DNA from: Octopus sinensis
Taxonomy: Eukaryota
Assembly: GCF_006345805.1 (NCBI RefSeq)
Contig: NC_043004.1
Coordinates: 73,780,001 to 73,844,000 of the forward strand
DNA length: 64,000 bases
Direction of reading: 5' to 3'
A model generated the notes under the pieces. That model ran no database searches and was not told the DNA's origin. It was given only the letters and a program-made list of their open reading frames with translations. This document shows, piece after piece, positions 24,019 through 37,587 of the stretch (position 1 is the first letter of the stretch; every line of letters starts with the position of its first letter). Position numbers and translations under genes: made by a program.

Positions 24019-24057
24019 AATCAATATTCTAGTGATTGTTTCTTTGACTAGCCACAG

Positions 24058-24166
24058 AAATTTTACCAAATGTATCCCAAAAGGCTTTATTGAAATCATC
24101 CATCGTCGTCACTCGCAAACGAGCGTGCCTTAGCAGCGTTTACCATGCTTTCGTTAATTGTTTAGG
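24058..24166 (+). other. Candidate plus-strand exon (109 nt)
   Basis: ccacag acceptor, consensus AG|GTAAGT donor, and open frame ILPNVSQKALLKSSIVVTRKRACLSSVYHAFVNCF; no homology recognised. Confidence 0.15.
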
Positions 24167-25799
24167 TAAGTGTTTCTAAACCATTTTTCACTCGTAGGCC
24201 CCTGTGGACCCATAGCCATTCGATGTATTAAAAAATCCTATTATATTTTTAATAATTGAATATTATTAGGAATTATATTTAAAAAAACTATTAATATATT
24301 TTGTATATCGTAGAAGTATCACCAATTTATTGTATATGAATGTTAACATCAAACTCTTATATGAAACCCTAAGGGCCATATGAACCCCAGATGAGTGCAT
24401 ATATAGTTGCGAGCAGACTATAAGACTATACAGAAACTTTGGCCCAGCAGAACATGACGATGTGACAGCTGTAAAGAGAGAAGACGTGAATGAGTGGGTG
24501 AGAGAAAGGCTGCACGAGCATTAAGTAGAGACTTTCAGCTAAGTTGACTCTCCTTTCTTGAGAATACAACGTGCTGCCTATTCCACGAATCGAACGCACA
24601 ACTCTTTGATTGTGAGTCCCAAACCCTAACCTTTAGGCCACGCGTCAAGTAGCTAAAAATGAGTGCCTCGGTAATTTGATTTCTCAACAAGATTAGATGT
24701 AATGCTTACGGGTAGGATGAAGAGAGAGAGAGAGAGAAGGAGTAGGGAGGGAGAGGAAGAGACTCGTTAGACTCTCGGTATGAATAGTTGCAGTATTGAA
24801 TGTATAAAGCTTTGACAAGACGAAAGGATAAATAAATATTTAATTTAGTCTTTGTGATTGTTACAGCAGTGTGTACATGGATAACAGGCAACGCTCAGAA
24901 CACACAGCATGGGTGGAGCTCTGTTTGAAGAGAGGCGACCAATATAGAGACAGTTTCATTAAGAAATGCACGAAGTACATGCTACGTGAATAGGGAACCG
25001 GAGTGAGTGTCGGAGTGGAGAAGCGGCGGGGTGAATCGTTGGGCTTTAAGTGGGGAGGAAAAGGAAAAAAATCGTTGTAAAATAGTGAGGGAATAGGTCA
25101 AAGATTAAGATATAATGGCCAAAGAATAGATTATATAGATATAAAAATTTATGTTGTATGTAGATCAATAATGTTTAGAGTTCCACTGAAGTATAGGTCT
25201 GTTGGTTTAGAAGGAAGATTTCTCTAGAACTTACAAATGTTGCCATGTCAGAACAGCGATGTTAAGAGCTAGTATGGAACTACTTTTCTTGTTCTCACCG
25301 ATAGATCGTGGCTTCAAAGTAACGGAAAGCGATGTGTCTGTGGTCAGAACAACTAGACAGACATCAAATATATCTTTGCTTCGATGTGGTCAGTAACCGA
25401 AAAGAATGGCGTGAAACCACATTAAGAAGCAACGGTTTGCTCGAGGTTCATTTGGTCAGATTGATGTGTAGAACGACACCACCAACAACACCAACACCAC
25501 AACCACTGCCACTACCACCATCACCAACAAGTCTTGTATCTACCTACACCATAAATAGCTACTTGACGTATTAACATCGATTTGAGAATCGAGTCAAATG
25601 ACATATGTATGAAATATTAATTCCACATAGTGCTACCGCTGTCTGGTTGAGAGAATCCCTGATGACTGCAAAGTTAGGATCGATAAAGACAAGTGCTACA
25701 GAAGCAGATCTTAGGTTGACTTTTGAATTTGAAATCACAGCTGAGGGCTATGAGCAATACACTACAAGATGTGTGGTAGTAGTGCGCATACATGTATTC

Positions 25800-25869
25800 G
25801 TGTGTGTGTGTGTGTCTATACATACACATATACATACATGCGTGCATACATGCATACATACATTCATGC

Positions 25870-25900
<31 letters not shown>

Positions 25901-26310
25901 CATGTATACTTATATATATACACACATATATATATATAATATATATATATATATATACACATACATATATGTATATTTGTGTGTGGTTGTGTGTGTGTTT
26001 GTGTGTGTATGTATATATATGTACATGTATACATATATATGTGCGTGTGTATGTATACATGCATACATACACACACACACATATATATATATATAATATA
26101 TAAAAGTAAATATATATGTATACATGTATGCATACACACACATACACACATATATATATGTATGCATATATGCATGCATACACACACACACACACGCACA
26201 CACACACATATATATATATATACATACATATATACATACATACATACATACATATATACACCTATACATGTGTGCATATATGTATGTGTTGTGTGCGCGT
26301 GCGTGTGAGT
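25800..26310. repeat. Compound TG/TA/TACA microsatellite
   Basis: Directly visible. Confidence 0.9.
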
Positions 26311-26904
26311 GATAGTTACTATATGAATAAATGTGCATGTGTTAGTGTAACAGAGAGTGTATATGTAAGTATACGTATGTGCCTGTGTGTATGAATGTTC
26401 ACAAAAGGATATGAGTGAATGTATTCATCGGTGGGTTTAATCATGTGTGTATGTGTAAACGTCTGTTTACGCATATGGTTGTGTGCGTGTGTGCGTGCAC
26501 GTGGGTGCGTGCGTGCGTTTATGTGTGTACATTGGGGGATTGTTTGCAAATGATATCAACATTTGAATACTATGAATAAGAATAGTAACTAATAAGCTTC
26601 TGTATAACTAATGTGGTCATAGTTTCCAAAGCATCTCTGTTGATAATCAATAACATCGGAAAAGTTTCGTGTTAGATTTCTTTTACACTGGTAGTTCAAT
26701 GGAATTGTACTTGCTGGTAAGAAACAATACAAATATGATATTTTGTCGGTGGCTCAACCAGAGAAAGAAATATCCGTGGTCTCCGTAACGCCTCCATTAC
26801 TAGTGAGAGAATGGTAAGAAGCTAGATTTGGTCCGAATATTTGCAATAGACTAGATTCAGGTAATGGGGTGAAACTTGGTGACAGATTACGTTTTCTTCT
26901 TACC

Positions 26905-27310
26905 CTAGGATTCATCCCTCCTGAAAGAGGAACCCTTCCTGGACTCCTTCCACCGCTGTCTATCTTTGGTCATTTGTGCCCACGTAGGCCCCAGGTAGCG
27001 GGTGACATCATCTCGCCTTCTTGTCTTTGGTCGACCTCTTGATCTTGTCCATTGTCTTGGTGTCCATTGCATCATCCTGATTGTCCCTCGCGTCACCCTG
27101 ATTGTCCCTCGCGTCACCCTGATTGTCCCTCTGTTGTCCTTCACTCACCCGATGTGGCCAACCCATTTATATTTGTTCTCTTTGATGGTTCCTATGATGT
27201 TGACTCTCTCGTGCTGTCGAATCCTGGCGTGTGTTTTCTTGTCCCGCAATGTGATACCGAAGACGATTCGTTCTATTTTCCGTTGGGCTAAAAAAATTAA
27301 AACATAAGAA
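26905..27310 (-). mobile_element. RTE-clade LINE 3' fragment
   Basis: AQRKIERIVFGITLRDKK...KENKYKWVGHI and QWTPRQWTRSRGRPKTRRRDDV...WAQMTKDRQRWK. Confidence 0.9.
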
Positions 27311-27599
27311 TAATGGAACGGTCTTTCCCATGAACGCCACACAGTTTCATCAGATCAAATTTCATTCAGAAGGCATTGATCGAAGCTATGAAGTCGCTAA
27401 GTGTAATTCGGGACAACGTGGATTTGAAGCAAAATTCGGACACCTTATCTCTTCACACCTTCTGATAATTCTCTCCCTCTCATCACTGAATGTGAGTAGC
27501 CATGCAGCTCCTCTACAAGCACCTGCTCTGCCTATCCCCATTTTCCAAGTATATTTTGATCCTTCATCTCCCCACATAAAGGCTACCCCTTCCCTTGGG

Positions 27600-27824
27600 T
27601 TTGGTAGTCTTGCGAGTTGTATGCCGACCTCAGTAGTGCTGGCGACATGAAGAAAACACCCACTACACACAATGAAGTGTTTGGAGTTAGGAAGAGCATC
27701 CAACCGTGGAAATCCTGCCCATGCAGGCACTGGAGCACGATGCAATCTTTGGACCCACCGGATTCTTTCGAACTGTCCAACTCATGCAACATAGATGATG
27801 ATGATGATGACGACGACGACGACG

Positions 27825-27850
<26 letters not shown>
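27600..27850 (+). mobile_element. SINE 3' part (Nin/Deu-domain-like) with (GAT)n tail
   Basis: GGAGTTAGGAAGAGCATCCAACCGT resembles the GTCAGGAAGGGCATCC(A/G)GC domain; followed by a (GAT/GAC)n tail. Confidence 0.55.
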
Positions 27851-27855
<5 letters not shown>

Positions 27856-28081
27856 GGAGGAGGAGGAGGGAGGATGGGGGAGGGGAGGGGGAGGAATACG
27901 ATGAGGATGACGACGACGATAACGACAACATGCCTGCACAACCAGGGCTGTATTGCCATGGTAATGCCGCTACGCCTGCGATTATTTTAGTTGAACAATG
28001 CGTCGTGTTTGGAAAAAGGGGTTTATTCTGCTTCTGAAGAACACAATAATCACTTGAATATTTCAAATACTACCGAGTTAC

Positions 28082-28099
28082 CATTGTCTTCCATCCTAC
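28082..28099 (-). other. Candidate 18-nt microexon (VGWKTM)
   Basis: Acceptor tatttttactttaccgttccag and donor gtaact. Confidence 0.2.
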
Positions 28100-28493
28100 C
28101 TGGAACGGTAAAGTAAAAATACTTGTCATGTTCAGGAAGTCCATTTAGTCAACTACACCTTTTTCCTCGAATGTGTGGTTTTGTGGTCATGTTAAAAATC
28201 ATATTTACTATTACTACCGTAAAAGGATAGTGAATGACTAAATGCTTAAGCGTCGAACAAAATGCTGTATTTAGCTATATCTCCCTACATATTCAGGAAT
28301 TAAATCCCACCTGAGGTGACTTCGACTTTCCTCCTTCTAGATTCGACAAAATAGGAACCAGTTAAGGCAGATTTAATCCAATTTCCGTCTCCTAAAATCT
28401 GTCCTGTATTCTAGTATCAGAGATCATTATTATACTAAAAATTCAGTGAAATATGTTTGAGTTCTTACTGTCTTGTCTCTCTGTTATACTTAC

Positions 28494-28661
28494 CTGTCTG
28501 TTTATGATCTTTTCCTCGTATTTTCTCGACTCATTACTAAATACCTTTGTTCGAACTGTCGTCATTCTATCCTCTCCTCTGTTATCACAGTATTTAAAGA
28601 TCTTTATCAGTCTCACTATAATTACTCGGTATTTCATTGGGTCGAGACATCACCTCCATTT
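28494..28661 (-). other. Candidate exon (168 nt), UTR/start-type or non-coding
   Basis: Acceptor gtctcttag and consensus CAG|GTAAGT donor; all three frames have an early stop, and an internal ATG opens MKYRV...IINRQ up to the donor. Confidence 0.25.
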
Positions 28662-28735
28662 CTAAGAGACTAAGATATTATCAATCAAACACTACTACAG
28701 AATATGCGCTAATGTGGTTGTATATATATATATAT

Positions 28736-28825
<90 letters not shown>

Positions 28826-29179
28826 TGTGTGTGTGTGTGTGAATGTCTGTTTTTGTGTCGGGTTTTATATAGAAACAACATTAAACTGAAGGGTAATTCA
28901 ATACTTTTTAGTAGATTACATATATAGAACTTCTTTTAAGAAAAAGATTAACAGTGACTTCAAAGTTTTCTTTCTTCTCCTTCATCAGACTTCATACAGT
29001 ACATACACGTGCGTGCATATCCATGTTTACATTATGATTCATTGGCCAAATTCGAAAAGTTACAAACTTGTGAGCCAATAATAAGAAGATTTCCGTAGAA
29101 TCAATGAGTTTCCCTTCTTTTCCCAACAAGATTCTCCAGCTATCAGAATAATATTTAATTCTATAGTATGTTTGTAAAG

Positions 29180-29330
29180 ACGTATGGGCTAGTGGTTAGG
29201 GGCGTTCTACTGACAGTCATAAGGTTGCCGGCTCAATTACTAACTAAGGCGTTGCATTACGATCCTTGAGCAAGGTACTTCAATTCACGTTGCTCCAATT
29301 AACTCACCTATGGAGAGTAATAGCCATGTG
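29180..29330 (+). mobile_element. SINE family C, diverged
   Basis: GGGCTAGTGGTTAG...GATCCTTGAGCAAGGTACTT. Confidence 0.55.
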
Positions 29331-30619
29331 CAGGTTCGGCTCTCTCTTCCTCTAGCTATCACATCCTGGACGTTCCCTTGAATCACGTGTGAGGGAAACG
29401 AGAGCGTATCTATGTCCAGCCAGGTCTACATAAACAATTAACACAAAAGCACGGGGCTTCTTGCCAAGCCATACTCGCTTGTGAGTGACGGATGACTTCA
29501 CTGTACTTGCGATATAGTTTTTCTCTTTTCATATATATGCTTTGTAAATTTGATCTTCGATTCATAAACCAGTTCAGGAAGTCATACATTTGATACGAAA
29601 GTAGTTTCGATCATTTATCCGTTTTTTTACACAATTGCATTCTTCCTCTCCAATATTCAAAGCTGGATAAAACTGTGGCAAACACAAAAATTATATCCTA
29701 CGTATAATGTAACATCGTTGTTTACCATCCAGGTGTGATAACCTGCCGAGATAACCCGTAGAGAACAAAGATCAATTTCTTGATGCGGCCATCAATAATA
29801 TGTTATCTGTATTTTGATACAATGAAACATATCATCTTCGAGTGAAAGGTAGTGGTCGGTTATAAAGGACACTTCTTATCAATTGGTGTGAATTGTTACG
29901 AACCAACTGGTGTGATGTGCACATAGATGAATAGGTTTTTAATGATCTCAACAAGAGATGAGATTAAATATATAAGCTTCATAAAACTGAATGTATGGAG
30001 GTCATCTAAATATCATTATTATTATTAATAATACGAAGAAGAAGAATGTGACATTTTGGTAACTTTGTCTTCGGGCGTTATAAAGGTTATAAATCTGACT
30101 AACTAGATACTGTTGTGGCTATTTGGTACTTTTATGAATAAAAAGATGAAAACTAGCCTACATACATACTAGACAGGTGTTCTAAACATTTCCTTAGGGA
30201 ACGAAAGAGGGAGGAGGTTTCGTTATTGTATATAAAAGGCATCAAGTATACTTAGTAAAACTAAAACAAAACAAAAAACAAGCACTTAACGAGGTAGAGA
30301 TGCTTCAAGCGATTCAGGTTAAAGGGTAGAAGACAGCCAAGAAAAGTTGATACGCTCTTCTAGTGAGATCAAGTTTTCGTTATAATGCCAATATGCTGAC
30401 TGTTTAACGTTGTATATACTACGTACACTAAATATTTGTTTCACAGTCTTTTTCGGTACCTTAAGGGGTTATTGTCGGTAAATTATACACACTGATGCTA
30501 CGCAGATACCAATAAAACAGAAACAAATAGGTGCGTGTGTGTACGTGTTTATGTCCATACGTATATGTGTGTATAGGTGCGTGTGTGTGAGAGAGTTTGT
30601 GTGCGTGCGTGTGTGTTTA

Positions 30620-30654
<35 letters not shown>

Positions 30655-30860
30655 ATACGTGTATGTGTGTTTAATTTTAAGCAGAATGATAAATAAAAGC
30701 TGTCAAACATTAAATGCAACGCTTTCCAGTAGAGTATCATAAGTAACAATATGATGACAGCGAGTAAGTAGAAACTTCGAAGTCACTGTCAACATTTCCC
30801 TTGCACACACACATATGTATAGAGAAAAGTATGTATATATGTATGTATACAGAAAGAGAG

Positions 30861-30918
<58 letters not shown>

Positions 30919-31089
30919 AGAGAGGAAGAGATATTTATGCATATACACAAGCAGAAGGACCCGGTTTCACACGGGTTATAAACTCATAACCTTAACACAA
31001 TACAGTTTGATGCTTGAAGTGTAAGATTAGAGTATTTCTCAAAAATTATACCAACTTTTAACACTCAAGAACACAGGCTCTGAAATGAA

Positions 31090-31400
31090 ATAGAAGCGGT
31101 TATACATAAATGTGCGTGTCCAGGTAGCGATAGTTGCTACGTCAATACCGGAAGTAAACAATGAAAAACTTGTTATTACGTCAATAACGGAAGTTGACAC
31201 TGAAAAACTTTTTAAAAGAAGTGAATCAATGTATATAAAGCAGTATTATTTATTTTATTTAGTTTTAATAAAAAAATAATTGAAAACCCTGTTATGTATC
31301 CGAGTTCAAATTATTCATGCACCCCAAGTATGCGACCAATTCGAGCAGCCGTTTTTGCGTGAAAAGCGAATATACACACAGAAGACTATTTTGTATAATA
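31090..31400 (+). mobile_element. Helitron-like non-autonomous fragment (tentative)
   Basis: 3' CAGCCGTTTTTGCGTGAAAAGCGAA..ACACACAGAAGACTATTTTGTATAATA resembles Helitron-N ends; contains a 39-bp tandem duplication. Confidence 0.35.
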
Positions 31401-31450
31401 TGTTGACATTAATATATATAATGTATATATGTATGTATGTATATATATAT

Positions 31451-31510
<60 letters not shown>

Positions 31511-31583
31511 GTATATATATATATGTGTGTATGTATATTTATATATGGATATATGTATGTATATGAATATATATAATATATAT

Positions 31584-31657
<74 letters not shown>

Positions 31658-31819
31658 TAAATATCAGCGTATTAGGTGTCCTATTAGGGTCATCTTTTAT
31701 GTGTTTAAATGTACACTGTATATATATATATATATGTGTGTGTGTGCGCGTGTGTGTATGTATATCTACATATGCATATATATATATATATATGAATTTG
31801 TATAAATGCACAATCACGC

Positions 31820-31872
<53 letters not shown>

Positions 31873-31875
<3 letters not shown>

Positions 31876-32920
31876 AAGGGTTGTACTGAAAGTAATGCAA
31901 AGTGGGCACAACTTTTATTAACTGAAAACTGTTCGAACGGTAGTTGGTATGGTAACCCTCCCTCTTTACTTCCGATTCTTCATTGAAGACAAACAAATGG
32001 GTTCCAAGCAAACGTGGTGCGTTATCATTCAGTTGTTGACGGAAGAGGTGTGCAACTGTCTCACACCCACAGAAGGCTTCAGCTTGCTCGCGGCGATGAC
32101 ACTGACAGGAGTAGTGTGCACAGACAGACGAAGAAGTTTAAAAAAAGGTGGAAACGAGAACTGAACACAAACCACACAATGAAAGACCATCAACTATGGT
32201 TACTGTCGCGAATCATCCACGAATATACGAATTTATTCATGGGAATAGGCGAATCACAAATCTTGAGTCGATTGCACAATTGGATTACGGCCACAATGCA
32301 TCACAGAAGATGGAGGAAGACTTTTTATATCGAAAAGAGTTTGCAAAGCGACTACTTCGGCAGTTGATGCTCTCTTTAAAGGAGAGAATATTGGAAGTCT
32401 GCGCTGATCTGCTGTGAACCTTTAGAGCCAACGAAGGCACGCTTTTCTCGAACTGATGGCAGGGGATGAAAGACTTAGCTCATGGAATGGTGTCTCAAAG
32501 TCCTTCAAGAGTCAGCGATCAGCTCAGAAAAGTCATGGTAATTGGTTTGTAGGCTGACAAGTGTATCGATCTTCTTGGTTTTCTGGAATGTGGATGTTCT
32601 GTGAAGAACAAGTAGTACATTGGGACACTCAAAAACTTAGGGAAGTCATTAGGAGAGATATACCGAACGAGAATCTGAAAGCATTCTACATTAAACCATG
32701 ACAATGCACAAGTACACAAATCTTTGACAACAAATTAAGCAAGTTTCTTTGCGGTTGCTCTTCCCAAGCGCAGCCCAGCACAGCACAGATATGGCACCCT
32801 CTAGTTTCCACCTGTTCGGTTCCATGAAGTAATGTCTTCGTGGACAATCATCTGATGACACAGAAGTGGCTACAACAGTGGAATTTGAAAATTTTAGAAA
32901 AGGACACGTGAGTTGAATTC
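31873..32920 (+). mobile_element. Decayed mariner element, near-full transposase span
   Basis: TIR-like AAGGGTTGTACTGAAAGTAATGCA; remnants NRRIT (HTH), GDE (~32460), HDNA (~32700) and PDMAPSSFHLF (~32790). Confidence 0.8.
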
Positions 32921-34677
32921 AAGGACGGTGCAAATGCACCGCTTGTGAGGAACATTACGGTGAGTAGTACCTTTTTATAAGAGGAACGGTCACTCTGCCA
33001 ACATATGCAGTTTAAAAAAAGTGACGGGAACACCCTCGTCTGAGTATAGAGATGGTGATTGCTCCATCTTCACAAATGATTGTCGTTTCCTTGTTTCCTC
33101 GTTGTCAAAGGCAATTCTGACTTTTCATCCATGACCACTCATACGACTTCAGTCCCACTGCACATCTGCATGGCTTGAAACATAGGTGACAGACGAATCT
33201 TGCAAATTACTGTGCATCTCGAACTGGTTGGAGCTGCACACGTCACCATTCTTCCATCACCAGTAGATGGAATGACAAATGAGGTTACCATAGTGATAAT
33301 TAGATTATAGTAATAAAGACTTGCACAACACAAGTACCACAAGTATCCTAGGGATACGCCAAATCAAGATTACCAATAATCACGTGAAACCGTAGGTTTT
33401 ACAGTTGAATGCCCCTCTTCTAAAAGGATACTACACATATATACGTCTTCTCTGAGATTTTTTAAGCGACGAGAAAGTGTCAAATATTTTATATACAAGC
33501 CACTGCCATATATTTTATATACATATCATTGTAGGTCAGTATAGGGCAAAAAGTAAGCAGTTTAGCTAGTGTGAGCAATGCATATTAAAAATATAGGCAA
33601 TAAAATAACTGAAAAAGAATTTAAAGGAAAAGTAAAAAGAATAAAATACACAGGAAAGAAAAACTGGGCTAACTTTTGCTGTTAACTCTGATTGTTTGTT
33701 TTGTAGAAAATTGCTATAACTGTAGATTACAGTGAGGGGTATAAAGAGATTAAATATTTAAAAGGGTATAAAGGACAACATAAAGGAAATGCGAGATAGC
33801 TAATATATCTTTACGACAAATAACATTATATATAAAATATACAACTAAGTTACAGGAATATAGGGTTTGAGACATGCTTTCCTTTTTCTACCTAACTCTT
33901 TTGTAATAACAGTTATACAGCAAATCCCTTTCGCTGAAAGACATCTATTACAGCCACTACTACGACCACTTCCACTGCTGCAGCTAATCATAATAATTAC
34001 TCCTTAATGCCAACATTGCCAGTAAGGAACAAAAGATAACTACCACTGCTATGCCTACTACTATTTCGACCATCAGAAGGAAACCAATGATCAGCACCAT
34101 AGGAAATTTGCAAGAAAATCATCCCAAGATAATATTAAAAATTTATTTATTTCAATTATTTTCCCCTTTCTTAGAACATTACTACATTACTTAAGACAAT
34201 TGAAACCGGTAGCCTATTTTGAAACAGAAATGTAAATATTCTCTTTCTTTTCATAATAAATTTGGTAAAGCATTTTCTGCTTCTTTTGTTTTTTCTATGT
34301 AAATTTAATTTAAACCTCTTCACCTTTCAAGCACACACACACACACTTGTGTGTGTGCGTGCGTGCGTGTGTGTGCTTTCACCATCTTTAAGTGTAGCAT
34401 GTTTTTCAAAATAATCCAGCATGTTCATCCGATAAGCCATTATTGAGACTTAAAGTGACGGCAAATGGTATTAGTTGAGTAAATATCATTCTACTCTGTA
34501 CCATATACTGAGTATATTTCTGTTGTTTTGTTATATAGAAAGAATATATCTATATTCATATATATGGGTATGTCAATAAGTCTGTACGTATGCATGTTTG
34601 TGTTTGTATATATACATACATACGCAAACACACATACATATATATTTATATATCTAAACTGGATTATTTCTTCATAC

Positions 34678-34732
34678 CTACGTATCTCGTGCCAGTTGAC
34701 TTTACACGGAGTCAACGTACAAAGAAGCAAGA
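34678..34732 (-). other. Candidate exon (55 nt)
   Basis: Branch-like ttctaac plus ttccattttattattctag acceptor, AG|GTATGA donor; one open frame (LLLCTLTPCKVNWHEIR). Confidence 0.3.
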
Positions 34733-35539
34733 CTAGAATAATAAAATGGAAGTTAGAATATTTAAAAGCTTTGGTTACTTTTGACAACAGCATCACCAAG
34801 CCCATACAATTGATTGGGATAAACAGAACACACAACAAACATACATTCTTTCTCGCCTTACAGAGACCCTGCTTGTATAAAGAAAAGAAAAGAGGTTAAA
34901 AAAGGGGGACATAATTTACATCGGTGAATATAAATTTCTGTTCGAGGTTCCTTTGTATCGAGAAAAAAAATAAGGGCTTGAATCGTTATTTGCTGATTAA
35001 ATCTCCCCTAATACTTAGTACCTAATACACCGTTTTCGGTTGAGTAAATATAAATCTAATGGCAGTTTAAATAGAAAACTAGGGATCAACAAGCCCCATT
35101 TATCACATACAGTATATCACACAAATATATAAGTATTTTAGTCAACAAGCCGCTATATATGTACATATACATATATATGATATATTACATACATGCATAC
35201 ACGTACATATATACATACATATACATTCACATACATGTGTGTGTGTGCGTATTGTTTGTGTAAGCGTGTGTGCGTGCGTATTTGTGTGTGTATGAATACA
35301 CACACATACACACATATATTCATACACACATAAATATATGCCATGCGCTGCTGAATATGTGTATATTACATATGTATGTATGTGCATACGTATGCGTGTT
35401 AGTGTATATATGCTTATATCTATGCATGTGAATCTGCATGTATAATATATATAAAATAAATACACACACACACAAATATATATATATATATACACTAGTA
35501 TATGTACGTGTGTATTACACACATCTACATACAAGTGTG

Positions 35540-35973
35540 TATGTATGCATATAATGTATGTATGTATGTAGGTATGTGTGTGTGTATGTATGCATATAAT
35601 GTATGTATGTGTGTATGTATGTACGTGTGTGTGTATGTATGTATGTAAGTATGTATGTATGTATGTATGTGTGTATGTATGTATGTATGTATGTATGTAT
35701 TTATGTATGTATGTATGTACGTACGTACGTATGTATGTATGTGTGTATGTATTTATGTATGTATGTATTTATGTATGTATGTATGTATGTATTTATGTAT
35801 GTATGTATGTATGTGTGTATGTATGTATGTATGTATGTACGTATGTATGTGTGTATGTATGTATGTATGTATTTATGTATGTATGTATATATGTATGTAT
35901 GTATGTGTGTATGAATGTATGTATGCATGCATGTATGTATGTATGTATGTATGTATGTATGTGTGTGTGTGTG

Positions 35974-36004
<31 letters not shown>

Positions 36005-36132
36005 GTCTGTGTGTGTATGTATGAATGTATGTATGAAATGTATGTATGAATGTATGTATGAATGTATGTATGAATGTATGTATGAATGTATGTATGAATG
36101 TATGTATGTATGTATGTATGTATGTATGTATG
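35540..36132. repeat. (TATG)n array with a (TATGAATG)n sub-array
   Basis: Directly visible. Confidence 0.95.
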
Positions 36133-37210
36133 CATCCAATATTCTACAGCCGTGTATTTTGCTTCCTTTTCTCCCTTATTCTGATATATTTACATTTTGC
36201 TTCTTTAGAATTCTTGTTCTGGTCTCAGCCATTCAGTTTGTATCCCGTTGCAAGCATTTCAATCTGGTCTCCAGAGAAGACATCTACTTCCACTAGCTTC
36301 ACTCCTCATTTGATATATTCGTTGTTGTTGTCACTGTTGTTAATGTTGTCACTGTTGTTGCAGTTATTCTTATACTTGGTTCAATCATTTGACTGCGGCC
36401 ATTCTGGGGCATAGCATTTCAAGAAGAGGAGAGTCGATCAGATCAATCTCAGCACTTATTTATATTTTTAACCTGACACTTATTCTGTCGACATTTGTTT
36501 GCCGAACAGGAAGATTACATGGGTTGCACCACTTTCTCTTTTAATGTTAAGACTAACGTATCGTTAAGACAAGCGTCCATCATGGACAAGACCAAGTAAG
36601 GTCGAAAACACGTGTTTCTGGTGGTCTCATCGCTGGAGATAACGGGGATTTACCTCCCTGCTAGCAATATAAACAGGGGTGTATTTTACCTCAAAAGCCA
36701 ATACAAGAGTTTCTTTGCATGATATTTATCTACCGCATTTTAGTTTATTCTAACAGAACAGCCACATTTAAGTGGGCATAAATATTACCTAACGTACGTA
36801 GTTCCTGGCTGTAATTGACAAGCATTTCTCAAACAATATATGAAAATTTGTAAAAGACATTTAGTGAAGTTTTTACACAGATCCTGCTCTCCTACTTCAT
36901 ATTGTTACTGTATAACACTGGAAACTTGCCCACTTGAACAGATATGCATAATTAGCTCAGTGGTTTATAAAGTCACTCCAGTTCTCCAAAATAATGAAAC
37001 TCAAAAGAAAAAGTACATCGGTGCTACATTGTGTAGGTCTCCGTAACATAGCAACTAGGCAAAAAATCCCGATAGAATATCGAGCTCTGCGATATTTAAT
37101 GAAAAATGTACAGGAATTGGTTTGTTAAACTAAAATCCTTCAAGGCAGTGCTCCACCATGTCCGCAGCCCAATAACTAAAACAAGTAAAGAAAAATCATC
37201 ATCATCATCA

Positions 37211-37245
<35 letters not shown>

Positions 37246-37269
37246 GTTATCATTATTATTATTATCATA

Positions 37270-37515
37270 CTCTTTTACTTGTTTCAGTCATTTGACTGTG
37301 GCCATGCTGGAGCACCGCCTTTAGTCGAGCAAATCAACCCCAGAACTTACTTTCTAAGCCTAGTACTTATTGTATCAGTCTCTTTTGCCGAACCACTAGG
37401 TTACGGGGACGTAAACACACCAGCATCTGTTGTCAAGCGATGTTGGGGGGACAAACACAGACACACAAACATACACACACACACGTACATACACACACAC
37501 ATACACACACACACA

Positions 37516-37587
<72 letters not shown>

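Noticed and set aside
24880-25060. Promoter (CCAAT and GC-box-like motifs)
   Set aside because: Isolated short motifs, with no CpG-island-scale enrichment or linked first exon.
29730-29812. Minus-strand exon between a tacag acceptor and a gtaaac donor
   Set aside because: Stops in all three frames and no other support.
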